Shown piece after piece: positions 42,033 through 50,183 of a stretch of 64,000 bases of DNA (its first letter is position 1; each line of letters begins with the position of its first letter). The stretch is from Cyanobacteria bacterium P01_F01_bin.150. GTDB taxonomy: Bacteria > Cyanobacteriota > Cyanobacteriia > CAKZMO01. The notes beneath the pieces were generated by a model. That model worked only from the letters and a program-made list of their open reading frames with translations, made no database searches and was not told where the DNA came from. A program made the position numbers and the translations under genes. The stretch lies in contig JBCCYL010000016.1 of NCBI GenBank assembly GCA_039189765.1, positions 32,860-96,859 of the forward strand. The letters run 5' to 3'.

Positions 42033-42593
42033 TTATGTAAGTCGCTTTATCATGCCAGCACATACCATTGCAGTCTGTTTATCGAAAGAGTAGCTGTTTT
42101 CCGGATTCAGCATGGAAAATCCTTTATTGCGATAAAACTTGACAGCGTTTAGTGACGAATTCAGTACAATGGCATTTTTTCCACAAGAAATGGCTACGGT
42201 CTCTAGCTGGTTGTACATGAAAGTGCCGACGCCAGGGGTATCAGCTGAACCGTAGAGGTTGCCAATTCTTGCCAAAACCGCTGGTGTTATATCCTCCGGG
42301 AGTTTTGAGCCTAGCACTTGCTCAAGATCCGCTTGTGTTGTTCGAAGCTTAATCGAGGAAAACCCAACAATGCCTGAGTTGTTGGTCGCACAGAAAAATA
42401 ACTCATCGTTGCCCAATAGCGATTCCCTCCAATCGGCGACGCGCTCCTGTGTAACGTCGGGAGACCATGCACGTAGAACTTTCTCTCTATAGGGCTCGCT
42501 TGTGCGATCGTTGTGACGAACTGCGCGATAGTGAATCCGGGCGATCGCTTCGGCATCGTGCGGGGCCGCTAGGTAGAGCTTACATTCAGTCAT
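42033..42593 (-). CDS. GNAT family N-acetyltransferase (putative cassette)
   Basis: DAEAIARIH..AV, GIVGFS, GVGT, SSLNAVKFYRNKGF. Confidence 0.82.
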   Translation of the reverse strand: MTECKLYLAAPHDAEAIARIHYRAVRHNDRTSEPYREKVLRAWSPDVTQERVADWRESLLGNDELFFCATNNSGIVGFSSIKLRTTQADLEQVLGSKLPEDITPAVLARIGNLYGSADTPGVGTFMYNQLETVAISCGKNAIVLNSSLNAVKFYRNKGFSMLNPENSYSFDKQTAMVCAGMIKRLT

Positions 42594-42623
42594 GGGTGTG
42601 AAGGTGAAGAATTGAATGTATCC

Positions 42624-42707
42624 AAATAACAGTGAAAAACAGCGGCTGCAGATATCCTTAGACTCTCTTCAGTAGCTTTGTCCGTCTGCTGCTCTGAGGT
42701 GTTAGCT
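42624..42707 (-). other. attC-like recombination site
   Basis: Minus strand AGCTAAC-ACCTC-AGAGCAGCAG ... CCGCTGTTTT-TCACT-GTTATTT, 84 bp, 18 bp after the UDG-like stop. Confidence 0.65.
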
Positions 42708-42725
42708 GGCACATCAATGAGCCAC

Positions 42726-43502
42726 TTATGAGTTCATCACAATATCACCGAGCCTTTGTTTCCAAAAACTAATACGATTTTCTCGTGTTGCTGGTTGCCC
42801 CATAAGTTTACGCCACTTACCATTGTTGGCACCACTAGGATGAGGGAATTCTAAATGATTAATGCTCAACTTGAGTGACCCAAGTGTTCTACTTGCAACT
42901 TTTCCCCATGTAATGACAACAGGGGGCTTGAAAATTTCTACTTCAGTGCTTAAAACCTCTGCAAATCGCGGATAATCTTTCCTGCTTAAAGGGATTGCCT
43001 TGTCCTTATCAGTTTCGCTAACCCAGACTTTAAAGATATCTGTAAGGTAAACTCTATACCCCTCATCCAACAAAACCTTAATCAAATCGAAGTAAAGCCT
43101 TGTATTACGCAGTTTTTCTCGACAAACTTTTAAGTGCATTCCATATGGTGTTGCAATCCCGATATCCTCTATCCTCTTGTCACTTTTTCTCAAAGGGTCT
43201 TGACCTAAGATTACAATTGTTTTTTTATTAGAATAATTATCGTTCTTTTCGAGCAAACTGGGGATATCAACACCAATTACCAAGGCTTCATTGTAACGCT
43301 TCTGAAAATCTATATCACTCGAACAAAATATATTTCGAGGAAGACTAATCTCAGAAGTAAATCCTTCGAGGTCAAACTCTTGCCTCATAGTGTCGTACAT
43401 ATTTATGCATTTTTCTTTGGAGATATTGAGTATTTTCGATATTGTCTGATGAAGTAAATCAAGCTCTGAATTGCTAAATTCTGAAAAAAGATATTCTGCC
43501 AT
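42726..43502 (-). CDS. Uracil-DNA glycosylase superfamily protein (putative cassette)
   Basis: ILGQDP motif 1, YLTDIFK, VVITWG, FPHPSGA motif 2; AT-rich. Confidence 0.75.
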   Translation of the reverse strand: MAEYLFSEFSNSELDLLHQTISKILNISKEKCINMYDTMRQEFDLEGFTSEISLPRNIFCSSDIDFQKRYNEALVIGVDIPSLLEKNDNYSNKKTIVILGQDPLRKSDKRIEDIGIATPYGMHLKVCREKLRNTRLYFDLIKVLLDEGYRVYLTDIFKVWVSETDKDKAIPLSRKDYPRFAEVLSTEVEIFKPPVVITWGKVASRTLGSLKLSINHLEFPHPSGANNGKWRKLMGQPATRENRISFWKQRLGDIVMNS

Positions 43503-43535
43503 TTCAAGAAAATATATTCCTGCTGTTTCTATATT

Positions 43536-43769
43536 TTGCCCCTAATTTGCCTAGTCCGTCTGCTGATTGTCGGAAACAGTTTCGCTGGCAAAAACACATT
43601 AGGTGCTCAACTCGCCTTGGTGCTTGATGTACCTTTTGTCGAGTTAGATGCCTTAAATTGGGAACCCAATTGGGTTGGATTGAACGATACTGACCCTGAT
43701 GAATTGATGAGGCGTATGCAAAAAGCTACGGAGGGCGATTTCCTTACAGCAAGGCAAAGCCTTTCTTGA
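43536..43769 (+). pseudogene. N-terminal fragment of adenylate-kinase-like / FlaR-type P-loop protein
   Basis: RLLIVGNSFAGKNTL...VPFVELDALNWEPNW; truncated at the HIP1 insertion at 43740. Confidence 0.7.
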
Positions 43770-43786
43770 ATGCCCTTCGGGCTATA
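43740..43786. mobile_element. 47-nt HIP1-inserted double-hairpin element (copy 1)
   Basis: GCGAT[TTCCTTACAGCAAGGCAAAGCCTTTCTTGAATGCCCTTCGGGCTATA]CGC. Confidence 0.8.
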
Positions 43787-43814
43787 CGCACCCTCAATAT
43801 CCAGCAAGAGCGAT

Positions 43815-43861
43815 TTCCTTACAGGAAGGCTTTGCCTTTCTTGAATGCCCTTTGGGCTATA
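43815..43861. mobile_element. 47-nt HIP1-inserted double-hairpin element (copy 2)
   Basis: GCGAT[TTCCTTACAGGAAGGCTTTGCCTTTCTTGAATGCCCTTTGGGCTATA]CGC. Confidence 0.8.
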
Positions 43862-43889
43862 CGCACTCATGATGTTCAACAAACGTTAT

Positions 43890-44241
43890 TTATGTCAACG
43901 CATTAATGGTGATAAGACCGCCTTCTACAGCTTGAATCTGCAAGTCGTAGCCATAAGGGATCAGTTTCAGCTTCATTAACGGGAATATTGCAATATTTTC
44001 CATCCCAGATAACCGTTGCTGCATAAACCTCGAACGTTGCTTCGCTGCCATCCCCTAAGGTTCCACGATCGATGCCTGTCCAAGGCAAATTTAGGAGAGT
44101 AATGATTTCACGTGGCAAGCTCAGAAAACCTGTGTAGCCTGTATCAATGACAGCGTCAATCAGTTGCGTTTGACGATTATCGTTGCCAACAACTAATGGC
44201 ACTGTTGCCTCTCGGTTCAGATTCACAACCCCTTGCATCAT
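43890..44241 (-). pseudogene. Clan AA (retropepsin-like) aspartic protease, frameshifted near C-terminus
   Basis: AVIDTGYTGFLSLP; after ETDPL the family-like tail YGYDLQIQAVEGGLITINALT* is in another frame and the usual LxGM segment is missing. Confidence 0.75.
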
Positions 44242-44513
44242 AAGGGTTCTCTCAAACTTCTTGAGCCAAAACGATGAACGGCTCGATGTCCAACACGGAC
44301 AATCCAAGGCTGGGCATCGGGAAGTCGCTCAAACAATCGATCAGTTGCGGCCAAGATTTCATCAGCAACCTCAAAAACTCCGGTCTCTATATCAATCGCC
44401 ACAATCTTGCCATAATTATCTTCTTCGATTTGGGGGCGCACCTGAGCTTCATAAATCTCATCGCCCCGTCGTGCAAATTCTTCTTTACTGTAGCGGGGTT
44501 GTCGGACCGTCAT
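44238..44513 (-). CDS. Small partner protein of clan AA protease (DUF5678-like)
   Basis: MTVRQPRYSKEEFARRGDEIYE..VRP...GKIVAIDIETG.FEV...PDAQPW..RVG; ATGA overlap with protease gene. Confidence 0.8.
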   Translation of the reverse strand: MTVRQPRYSKEEFARRGDEIYEAQVRPQIEEDNYGKIVAIDIETGVFEVADEILAATDRLFERLPDAQPWIVRVGHRAVHRFGSRSLREPL

Positions 44514-44667
44514 TGGCTTAACCTCGATTTCAGCATTGCCTCTCGATTTTACCCTGAGCTATGAAGATAGGTACGGGTAAAATCAAGTAGGAGCTGGATT
44601 TCTTGTTTCAGCCCAAACTATGAAGTGGCGATCGCACCCTCAACACCTAGCAAGAGCGATCGGCGCA

Positions 44668-44783
44668 ATGTCCCTTTTGTCGAGTTAGATGCCTTAAATT
44701 GGTAACCCAATTGGGTGGGGTTGAACGATACCAATCCTGACGAATTGATGCGGCGTATGCAAAAAGCTACTTAGGGCGATCGC
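44668..44783 (+). pseudogene. Second, stop-containing copy of the P-loop gene fragment (direct repeat of 43627-43739)
   Basis: CCTTTTGTCGAGTTAGATGCCTTAAATTGG...GGCGTATGCAAAAAGCTAC shared; GAA changed to TAA; ends in intact GCGATCGC. Confidence 0.8.
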
Positions 44784-44912
44784 TCCTCGCTTCGGTTCAA
44801 ATACGAAAATGATTAAAATTCTTTCGCCAGCATTGCCTCATCGATCAACGCGTTGAGGAGCGCGTGTAGTGGCGATCGCCTTTCCCCTAAAAATTTTCGA
44901 CGCCTCAAGCAA

Positions 44913-44978
44913 GAGATCCCCGGGTTCTAACATCAACTTTGGCCTCAGACCGCACACTTTGACAGAACCCCGGGATCT
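44913..44978. repeat. AGATCCC(C/A)GGGTTCT inverted-repeat element, family D
   Basis: AGATCCCCGGGTTCT...AGAACCCCGGGATCT; related to 63220-63277. Confidence 0.7.
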
Positions 44979-45056
44979 GCCCCCCGCAGGCTACCAAGTG
45001 CTGCCACGCGAAGAGCCTGGGGTGCTTGCTCAAGCGTATTCTAGACAGTACTCAAC

Positions 45057-45890
45057 CTATCGACTCAGAAGCCCCATCTTCTGAACTCCCGCTACCATTC
45101 CTCCGATAAATTGACGCACTGGCCCCATTGAATCCATCCGCTTATCCATCCGGTGTTCATCCTCAGTGCGATCGAACTTCCAGTAGCTGCTGATATAGAT
45201 ATTGCCTTGTTTAATACTATGTACATCTTTCATGTACTGCCTGATTTTTTTCATGCTGTTAAACTCACAAGCCACCCAGACATAGGGATCTCCATCTTTC
45301 CAATCCAGAGGCTTAATCTCATCCAAAAGCGCATCTGAATTTTCACCGGGATTACTAATCACCCACTTAACAGTGATGCCCTCCGGCACCGTCAAATCCT
45401 GCTTGTCTGCCTCACTGGGTACCTCAATAACCGCATATCCCTTGGCATGATTAGGGAGTTGCTCCAAATTGCAGCACAGGGCAGGCAGTCCCGACATATC
45501 CCCCGCCAGCAAAAACCAATCAGACTCATTTTTCACCAGCTTTGCAGGTCCCGGACCCGCCATCAATATCCGATCACCGGGCTGGGTAGACTCCGCCCAG
45601 GCCGCCGCTGGCCCATTCTTGTCGCCATGGAGAGAAAACTCGATCGCCAACTCATTTGCGGCTCGGTTAAATGAACGCACGGTATAGGTGCGCCGTAGGT
45701 GTTCTTCTTCAGTCTGATGGCGATCGCTAATTGCTTTGCCATCGGGAGAAAACAGCAGTTTGACATAGCCACTTTCATAATTGTCGGGAAAATCAGCTAA
45801 GTCATCCCCCGTAAACGTTATCCTCTGCATATGGGGCGTAATACTTGCAGATTTTTTTACAACGATAATTTTATATTTCGCTTTAGACAT
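45057..45890 (-). CDS. Siderophore-interacting protein (ViuB/YqjH-like)
   Basis: ITPHMQRITFTG, YVKLLF, RTYTVR, GPAAAWA, GPGP, LLAGDMSGLPA, WVACE, ISSYWK; ATG 45890 with GGAG RBS. Confidence 0.92.
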   Translation of the reverse strand: MSKAKYKIIVVKKSASITPHMQRITFTGDDLADFPDNYESGYVKLLFSPDGKAISDRHQTEEEHLRRTYTVRSFNRAANELAIEFSLHGDKNGPAAAWAESTQPGDRILMAGPGPAKLVKNESDWFLLAGDMSGLPALCCNLEQLPNHAKGYAVIEVPSEADKQDLTVPEGITVKWVISNPGENSDALLDEIKPLDWKDGDPYVWVACEFNSMKKIRQYMKDVHSIKQGNIYISSYWKFDRTEDEHRMDKRMDSMGPVRQFIGGMVAGVQKMGLLSR

Positions 45891-45946
45891 ATGCAGCTCC
45901 ACAAGTAAAAACCAGTTATTGGCAAGATAGCATTGTTTTGCTTAAG

Positions 45947-45961
45947 TGAGAATAATTCTTA
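45947..45961. promoter_or_regulatory. Fur-box-like 7-1-7 inverted repeat
   Basis: TGAGAAT-A-ATTCTTA between divergent SIP and tehB genes. Confidence 0.65.
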
Positions 45962-46080
45962 TTAATCAATGATTGCAACTTGACCAATCTAGTTCCCGAA
46001 TCCGTGTTAGATTTCTTTCCATTCATGCCTTTCTCTCCATTGGGCAATCAGCTCTATTTTATCCATGCAGGAGTTATTGA

Positions 46081-46971
46081 ATGTCAACAGCGATCGCATC
46101 CCTCGTTAAATATAAAACCCTGCCCTCCTGGACCGAGACAACTTTACCCCAGGCATTTCAAACCCGCCACAACACCAAGCAAGGGACCTGGGGCAAAATC
46201 ATCGTAGAAACGGGGCAGCTTCAATACGACGCTCTTAATGCCGCAGGAGAGATTTTGTCCACGGATATTATTACGCCGCAGCACACTGACTTTTTTGTAT
46301 CGCCTCAAGCATGGCACCGGGTTAAGCCGCTGGGAGCACTGCGCTGTTTTGTAGAGTTTTACTGTCGGCCCGAGGACTATTTTCAGAAAAAATATCAGTT
46401 TGCCGCTCCCCACCGGGATGTTCAAACATTAATGCAAGGTGCGTTGGCTAATCGTTCGCCGCTGAATATTCTTGATTTAGGCTGTGGCAAAGGTCGTAAC
46501 GCGACCTATCTATACGCATTAGGCCATCGTGTGACAGCTTTGGACAAAAATGCTGACGCCGTTGATCGGTTACAGACGGTGATGCAGGCCGAAAACGCTG
46601 GCGATCGCTTCCACGCCCAAGTCTACGATATTGAAGCATCGGCGCTGGGCGATCGCTACGACCTAATTCTTTCCACGGTGGTTTTCCAGTTTTTACAGCG
46701 TGGAGCCTTATCTTTGGTACTTGCGGATTTGCAAGCCCATACCAAAACTAATGGCTACAACTTTATTATTGCCCCTGTGTCCTCATCGGATTTCCCCTGT
46801 CCCATTGATTTTCCTTCCACCTTTGCCCCCCAGGAACTGCGTAACTATTACAGCGATTGGCACATTGTGACTTATCAAGAACAGTTAGGCTCCTTTCATC
46901 GCAAAGACAGCAGCGATAAACCCCATAAGGCAATGTTTGCAACTCTGCTGGCTCAAAAAACATATAGTTAA
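46081..46971 (+). CDS. tehB: TehB SAM-dependent methyltransferase with N-terminal DUF1971/YeaR cupin
   Basis: HNTKQGTWGK, PQAWHRV, DYFQKKY, LDLGCGKGRN, STVVFQFL. Confidence 0.9.
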   Translation: MSTAIASLVKYKTLPSWTETTLPQAFQTRHNTKQGTWGKIIVETGQLQYDALNAAGEILSTDIITPQHTDFFVSPQAWHRVKPLGALRCFVEFYCRPEDYFQKKYQFAAPHRDVQTLMQGALANRSPLNILDLGCGKGRNATYLYALGHRVTALDKNADAVDRLQTVMQAENAGDRFHAQVYDIEASALGDRYDLILSTVVFQFLQRGALSLVLADLQAHTKTNGYNFIIAPVSSSDFPCPIDFPSTFAPQELRNYYSDWHIVTYQEQLGSFHRKDSSDKPHKAMFATLLAQKTYS

Positions 46972-47003
46972 AGCTGATAGTTCGCTGCGAAGGAACTCTG
47001 ATT

Positions 47004-47523
47004 ATGACAACACTTCTGAAAACGTTGGGACTAGTTTTTGCATTACTAGCCGTTATTGCATTACCGATCGTGCTTCCGGCATGGCAGGTGGAAATTGTCG
47101 GCGATTGGAGAGTCGTCTTTTTATCGGTTGGCTATTTTACGTTTTTTCTGGGAACGGTTTGGCGGGTTGTGCGATATGAGCTCCATTGGTCTAGTGAGTG
47201 CCGCAATCCTGGTGAGCCAGGTGGCCATTAGCACCCTGGGCAAGTTCTTTGATCGGCTTACGATTAAAGTCGATCATCAGTTAGTGACTGACGGTATCTA
47301 TGGTTCGATTAGGCATCCCATCTACACAAGCTATATTCTTCTATTTCTCGGCTTTTGTACGATGGTCCAAAGTTTGTGGGGTCTAGGTCTGTTGTTAGCT
47401 ACCTGCATTGTGTGGTTTGGTAATCGAATTGCCATTGAAGAGAAAATGTTGGAGGAAGAGTTTGGGGAAGCCTATCAGTCTTACTGTAAACAAACCAAAC
47501 GTTTATTTCCCTACGTTTATTAA
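47004..47523 (+). pseudogene. Isoprenylcysteine carboxyl methyltransferase family protein, frameshifted / internally deleted
   Basis: Hydrophobic N-part in frame 47004; C-part (TLGKFF...HQLVTDGIYGSIRHPIY...EEKML.EEFGEAY..Y...TKRLFP) in another frame; switch near 47180. Confidence 0.75.
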
Positions 47524-47534
47524 TCAGTAAAAAT

Positions 47535-47745
47535 ATGTTTGCATCCACTCCTCAGCGTGGTTTTGGGGTTGAGCGACGCCCCTCATCCTCCTCACTGGCC
47601 TAGTCATTGGCATCGCCCTGCTTGCACTATGCTGGCTGGCAAGTATTGGTTTGGGAGTGGCTGATATTATCCCGACAGAGGTTGGGAACGCCCTGTTTGC
47701 CTTTGATCAGACCTCCACTAACCACCTTATTATTCGCATCCAGGT
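47535..47745 (+). pseudogene. 5' remnant of FecCD-family iron-siderophore ABC permease
   Basis: Manual translation LGIALLALCWLASIGLGVADIIPTEVGNALFAFDQTSTNHLIIR resembles a FecC/D N-terminus; frameshifted and cut before RLPR. Confidence 0.6.
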
Positions 47746-47885
47746 GCATAATCCTGGCCCATCAACCGTAAGGAATATCAGACGGACGAATTTCTACCTA
47801 ACACCCTGTGCGAGGGACTTGGGCAGAAAACATCCATCCAACAAGGTTCTTTTCGGCAATTATATTTCTTTTGAACAGGAAGAAT

Positions 47886-48887
47886 ATGACAATGATGGTG
47901 ACTCTTCCAATCAATTCTATTCGCGTAGACTATCCACGATGGATCAGCCCCCACGGGGATTTAATGGTCCAACAGCTAGGAGCTTTTACTCAAAAGTACC
48001 AGCTCTATCAAAGCTTGCATTTACCACAAGATTTAGTGTTGCCAGTACATTCGCAAATAAATGATTACATGTTCCCTCGGGCAAACGTTGAACAGCTCTA
48101 TTTGACTGGGTTAACAATGGTCTACTTCACTTTAGTTGATTACATTTACGACAACGATCAAGGTACGACCTCAGCGAGAAAAATTCCTAACATTTACCAA
48201 AACCTTGTACATAATCTTATTGGCTTGTTGAAAGGACAACAGGAGAATAATTCGAATAATTTTGAACAAGCTGCTAGTAGTATGCTTGAGGAATTTTCAA
48301 ATGTTGATCCTGATTGGTATGTAGTATTTATGCAACAACTGATGACATATTTGGATGCTGTCATCATGTCACGCTCGCTTGCACTAGATGCAACAAGCCT
48401 GTCGTTAGAAACATACTGGGAAGTGCGATCAATGGATACTGGTGGTTTCTGGTCAGCCAATTTGATTGAGTATGCCCACGGTTGTTACTTAACCCCGGCA
48501 CAACGCTCTTTGGAGCAAGTTAAATTAGCCACTAGTGATATGACACGTCTTTGTGGGACTATTAATGACTTTTTTTCTTACCCAAGAGAAATTGCCAATG
48601 AGGAGCACCCTTTTAATGCGATTCATATTCTAATGATGAATGAAGGCAAAAGTTTAGAAGATGCTTGTTACCATCTGATTGAATATTTTCATATGTATTT
48701 AGAGCGTTTTATAAAAACCACTGATGCGATTGAAACTTATGGAGATCCCTCACTTAACAGTTACGTACAAGGGCTACGTGAATTTATCTCAGGCATGTGG
48801 CACTGGCATCAAGAATCTCCTCGCTTTCGGCATCCAAACGCATTATTTGAGGAAATGCGTGGTTATCCTCATGCTTCGTCTTACTAG
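47886..48887 (+). CDS. Class I terpene synthase/cyclase family protein
   Basis: DYIYD (DDxxD variant), R..DTGG effector region, NDFFSYPRE (NSE motif), WHQESPRF (WxxxxxRY variant). Confidence 0.8.
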   Translation: MTMMVTLPINSIRVDYPRWISPHGDLMVQQLGAFTQKYQLYQSLHLPQDLVLPVHSQINDYMFPRANVEQLYLTGLTMVYFTLVDYIYDNDQGTTSARKIPNIYQNLVHNLIGLLKGQQENNSNNFEQAASSMLEEFSNVDPDWYVVFMQQLMTYLDAVIMSRSLALDATSLSLETYWEVRSMDTGGFWSANLIEYAHGCYLTPAQRSLEQVKLATSDMTRLCGTINDFFSYPREIANEEHPFNAIHILMMNEGKSLEDACYHLIEYFHMYLERFIKTTDAIETYGDPSLNSYVQGLREFISGMWHWHQESPRFRHPNALFEEMRGYPHASSY

Positions 48888-48974
48888 TGCGCCCGCCTTT
48901 TCTGATAATTTTCCCAAGCTATAGCATTCGTCCAGCTCCAGGCCCCGAACAGCCGCCTCCTGGCGAAAGGTAGC

Positions 48975-49970
48975 CTAACGTTGGACTAATCGCTTCAGCC
49001 TGGATTGTGCTCGTTTCCAGTATAAATACAGCAAACGTCTTTGGGTAAGGCTGACGATATCACTGGGATGTTTTTGGCTGTAATCAAAAAACTGGTTGAC
49101 GTCCTCAAGAATCACCCGCAATCGAGGCAGGATTTGGGGCGTACGATAGGGAGCAAGCAAGTCCTCTTGGTCGGGATAGGACTGCCAGTTTTGAACTACG
49201 TTGAGGATGCGTTGAATATCATATCCGGTGGCATAGGTCGCTATTTTGTGGCAGTTGAAGCCCGGATCTAAATAGTCAGCCAGGGCATGGTTGACGCTAG
49301 AAAAAACCTGACAACCACAGGCGATCGCTTCCATTGGCGGTAGTCCAAACCCCTCTGTCAATCGATGCTGCGCCCAATACTCTGCCGAATCGTACAGATA
49401 AACCTTTGCTCGGTTAAATAGGCCCATTAGGTCGTCTACAAAGCGATCGATGACGACCACATTGCATTTCTCTCGCAACGCAGGCACAAGCTGCTGGGTC
49501 AAATACTCAGACGACTTGCGGGCCTGCACCAACACATCAATATCCCGGTTCAAATGTCGATTGGTGGCGTCCTCAGAGATACAGTTGGGCAGCAAAAATA
49601 TTGGCGCATTGGGAGCAGTATGGCCCCAGTAGCTCATAGTGTTGCGACTAACCGTAATAATCGGCACGCTGGGCGGCACACGGAAGCCATAGCCTGTGCT
49701 GTGAGCATGGTATGTAACAGGATGGGGATGGAGTTTTTTCATCAGCTTGGGGACATCAAACCCCCAGCTCACCACAAAGATACACTGGTCTAAATTAGGC
49801 TGTTGCAGCACATCGTCAATAAAGCCACGATCGTCTTCCCGCTGGCGAAAAGTAATCACTTCAGTTTCACAAACGTGTCGGGCCAGTTCAGCCATTTGGA
49901 GTTCAGCAAACAGCCCCCCACAGTAAAATGCTTGTGTAGTTCCCGGTACCAAAAAATAAAGCTTTCTCAA
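48975..49970 (-). CDS. Glycosyltransferase (GT4-like)
   Basis: EGFGLPPMEAIACGC, FNRAKVYLY. Confidence 0.82.
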   Translation of the reverse strand: MRKLYFLVPGTTQAFYCGGLFAELQMAELARHVCETEVITFRQREDDRGFIDDVLQQPNLDQCIFVVSWGFDVPKLMKKLHPHPVTYHAHSTGYGFRVPPSVPIITVSRNTMSYWGHTAPNAPIFLLPNCISEDATNRHLNRDIDVLVQARKSSEYLTQQLVPALREKCNVVVIDRFVDDLMGLFNRAKVYLYDSAEYWAQHRLTEGFGLPPMEAIACGCQVFSSVNHALADYLDPGFNCHKIATYATGYDIQRILNVVQNWQSYPDQEDLLAPYRTPQILPRLRVILEDVNQFFDYSQKHPSDIVSLTQRRLLYLYWKRAQSRLKRLVQR

Positions 49971-50016
49971 CGTGCTCCCTCTTGCGAAGTCTTCTACTGA
50001 GCTATTTTAATAGCCA

Positions 50017-50152
50017 CTAGTGGCGCACACGTTTTAAACTGTAGGATGGGTTAGCGACAGCGTAACCCATCGAAGAGATTACTGCTGTTGGGTTTCGTTG
50101 CCTCAACCCAACCTACGCTGTTCAAGCAATTTAAGGCGTGTCGTGCAACTAG
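50017..50152. mobile_element. Inverted GTAG-REP doublet within imperfect TIRs
   Basis: GTAGGATGGGTTAGCGACAGCGTAACCCATC (50041-50071) and GTTGGGTTTCGTTGCCTCAACCCAACCTAC (to 50116); outer CTAGTGGCGCACACGTTTTAAA / TTTAAGGCGTGTCGTGCAACTAG. Confidence 0.7.
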
Positions 50153-50183
50153 CCTCTGATAACCAGAGGACAGTCAAGACTTA

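Noticed and set aside
43735..43868. Possible two-repeat mini-CRISPR
   Set aside because: The repeats are insertions splitting HIP1, and the 'spacer' recurs at 44636 between HIP1-like sites
47651..48064. 137-aa ORF as a real gene
   Set aside because: Chimera of the FecCD remnant and an off-frame read through the terpene synthase
47886..48887. Geosmin or 2-MIB synthase
   Set aside because: Single domain only, with none of the usual neighbouring genes
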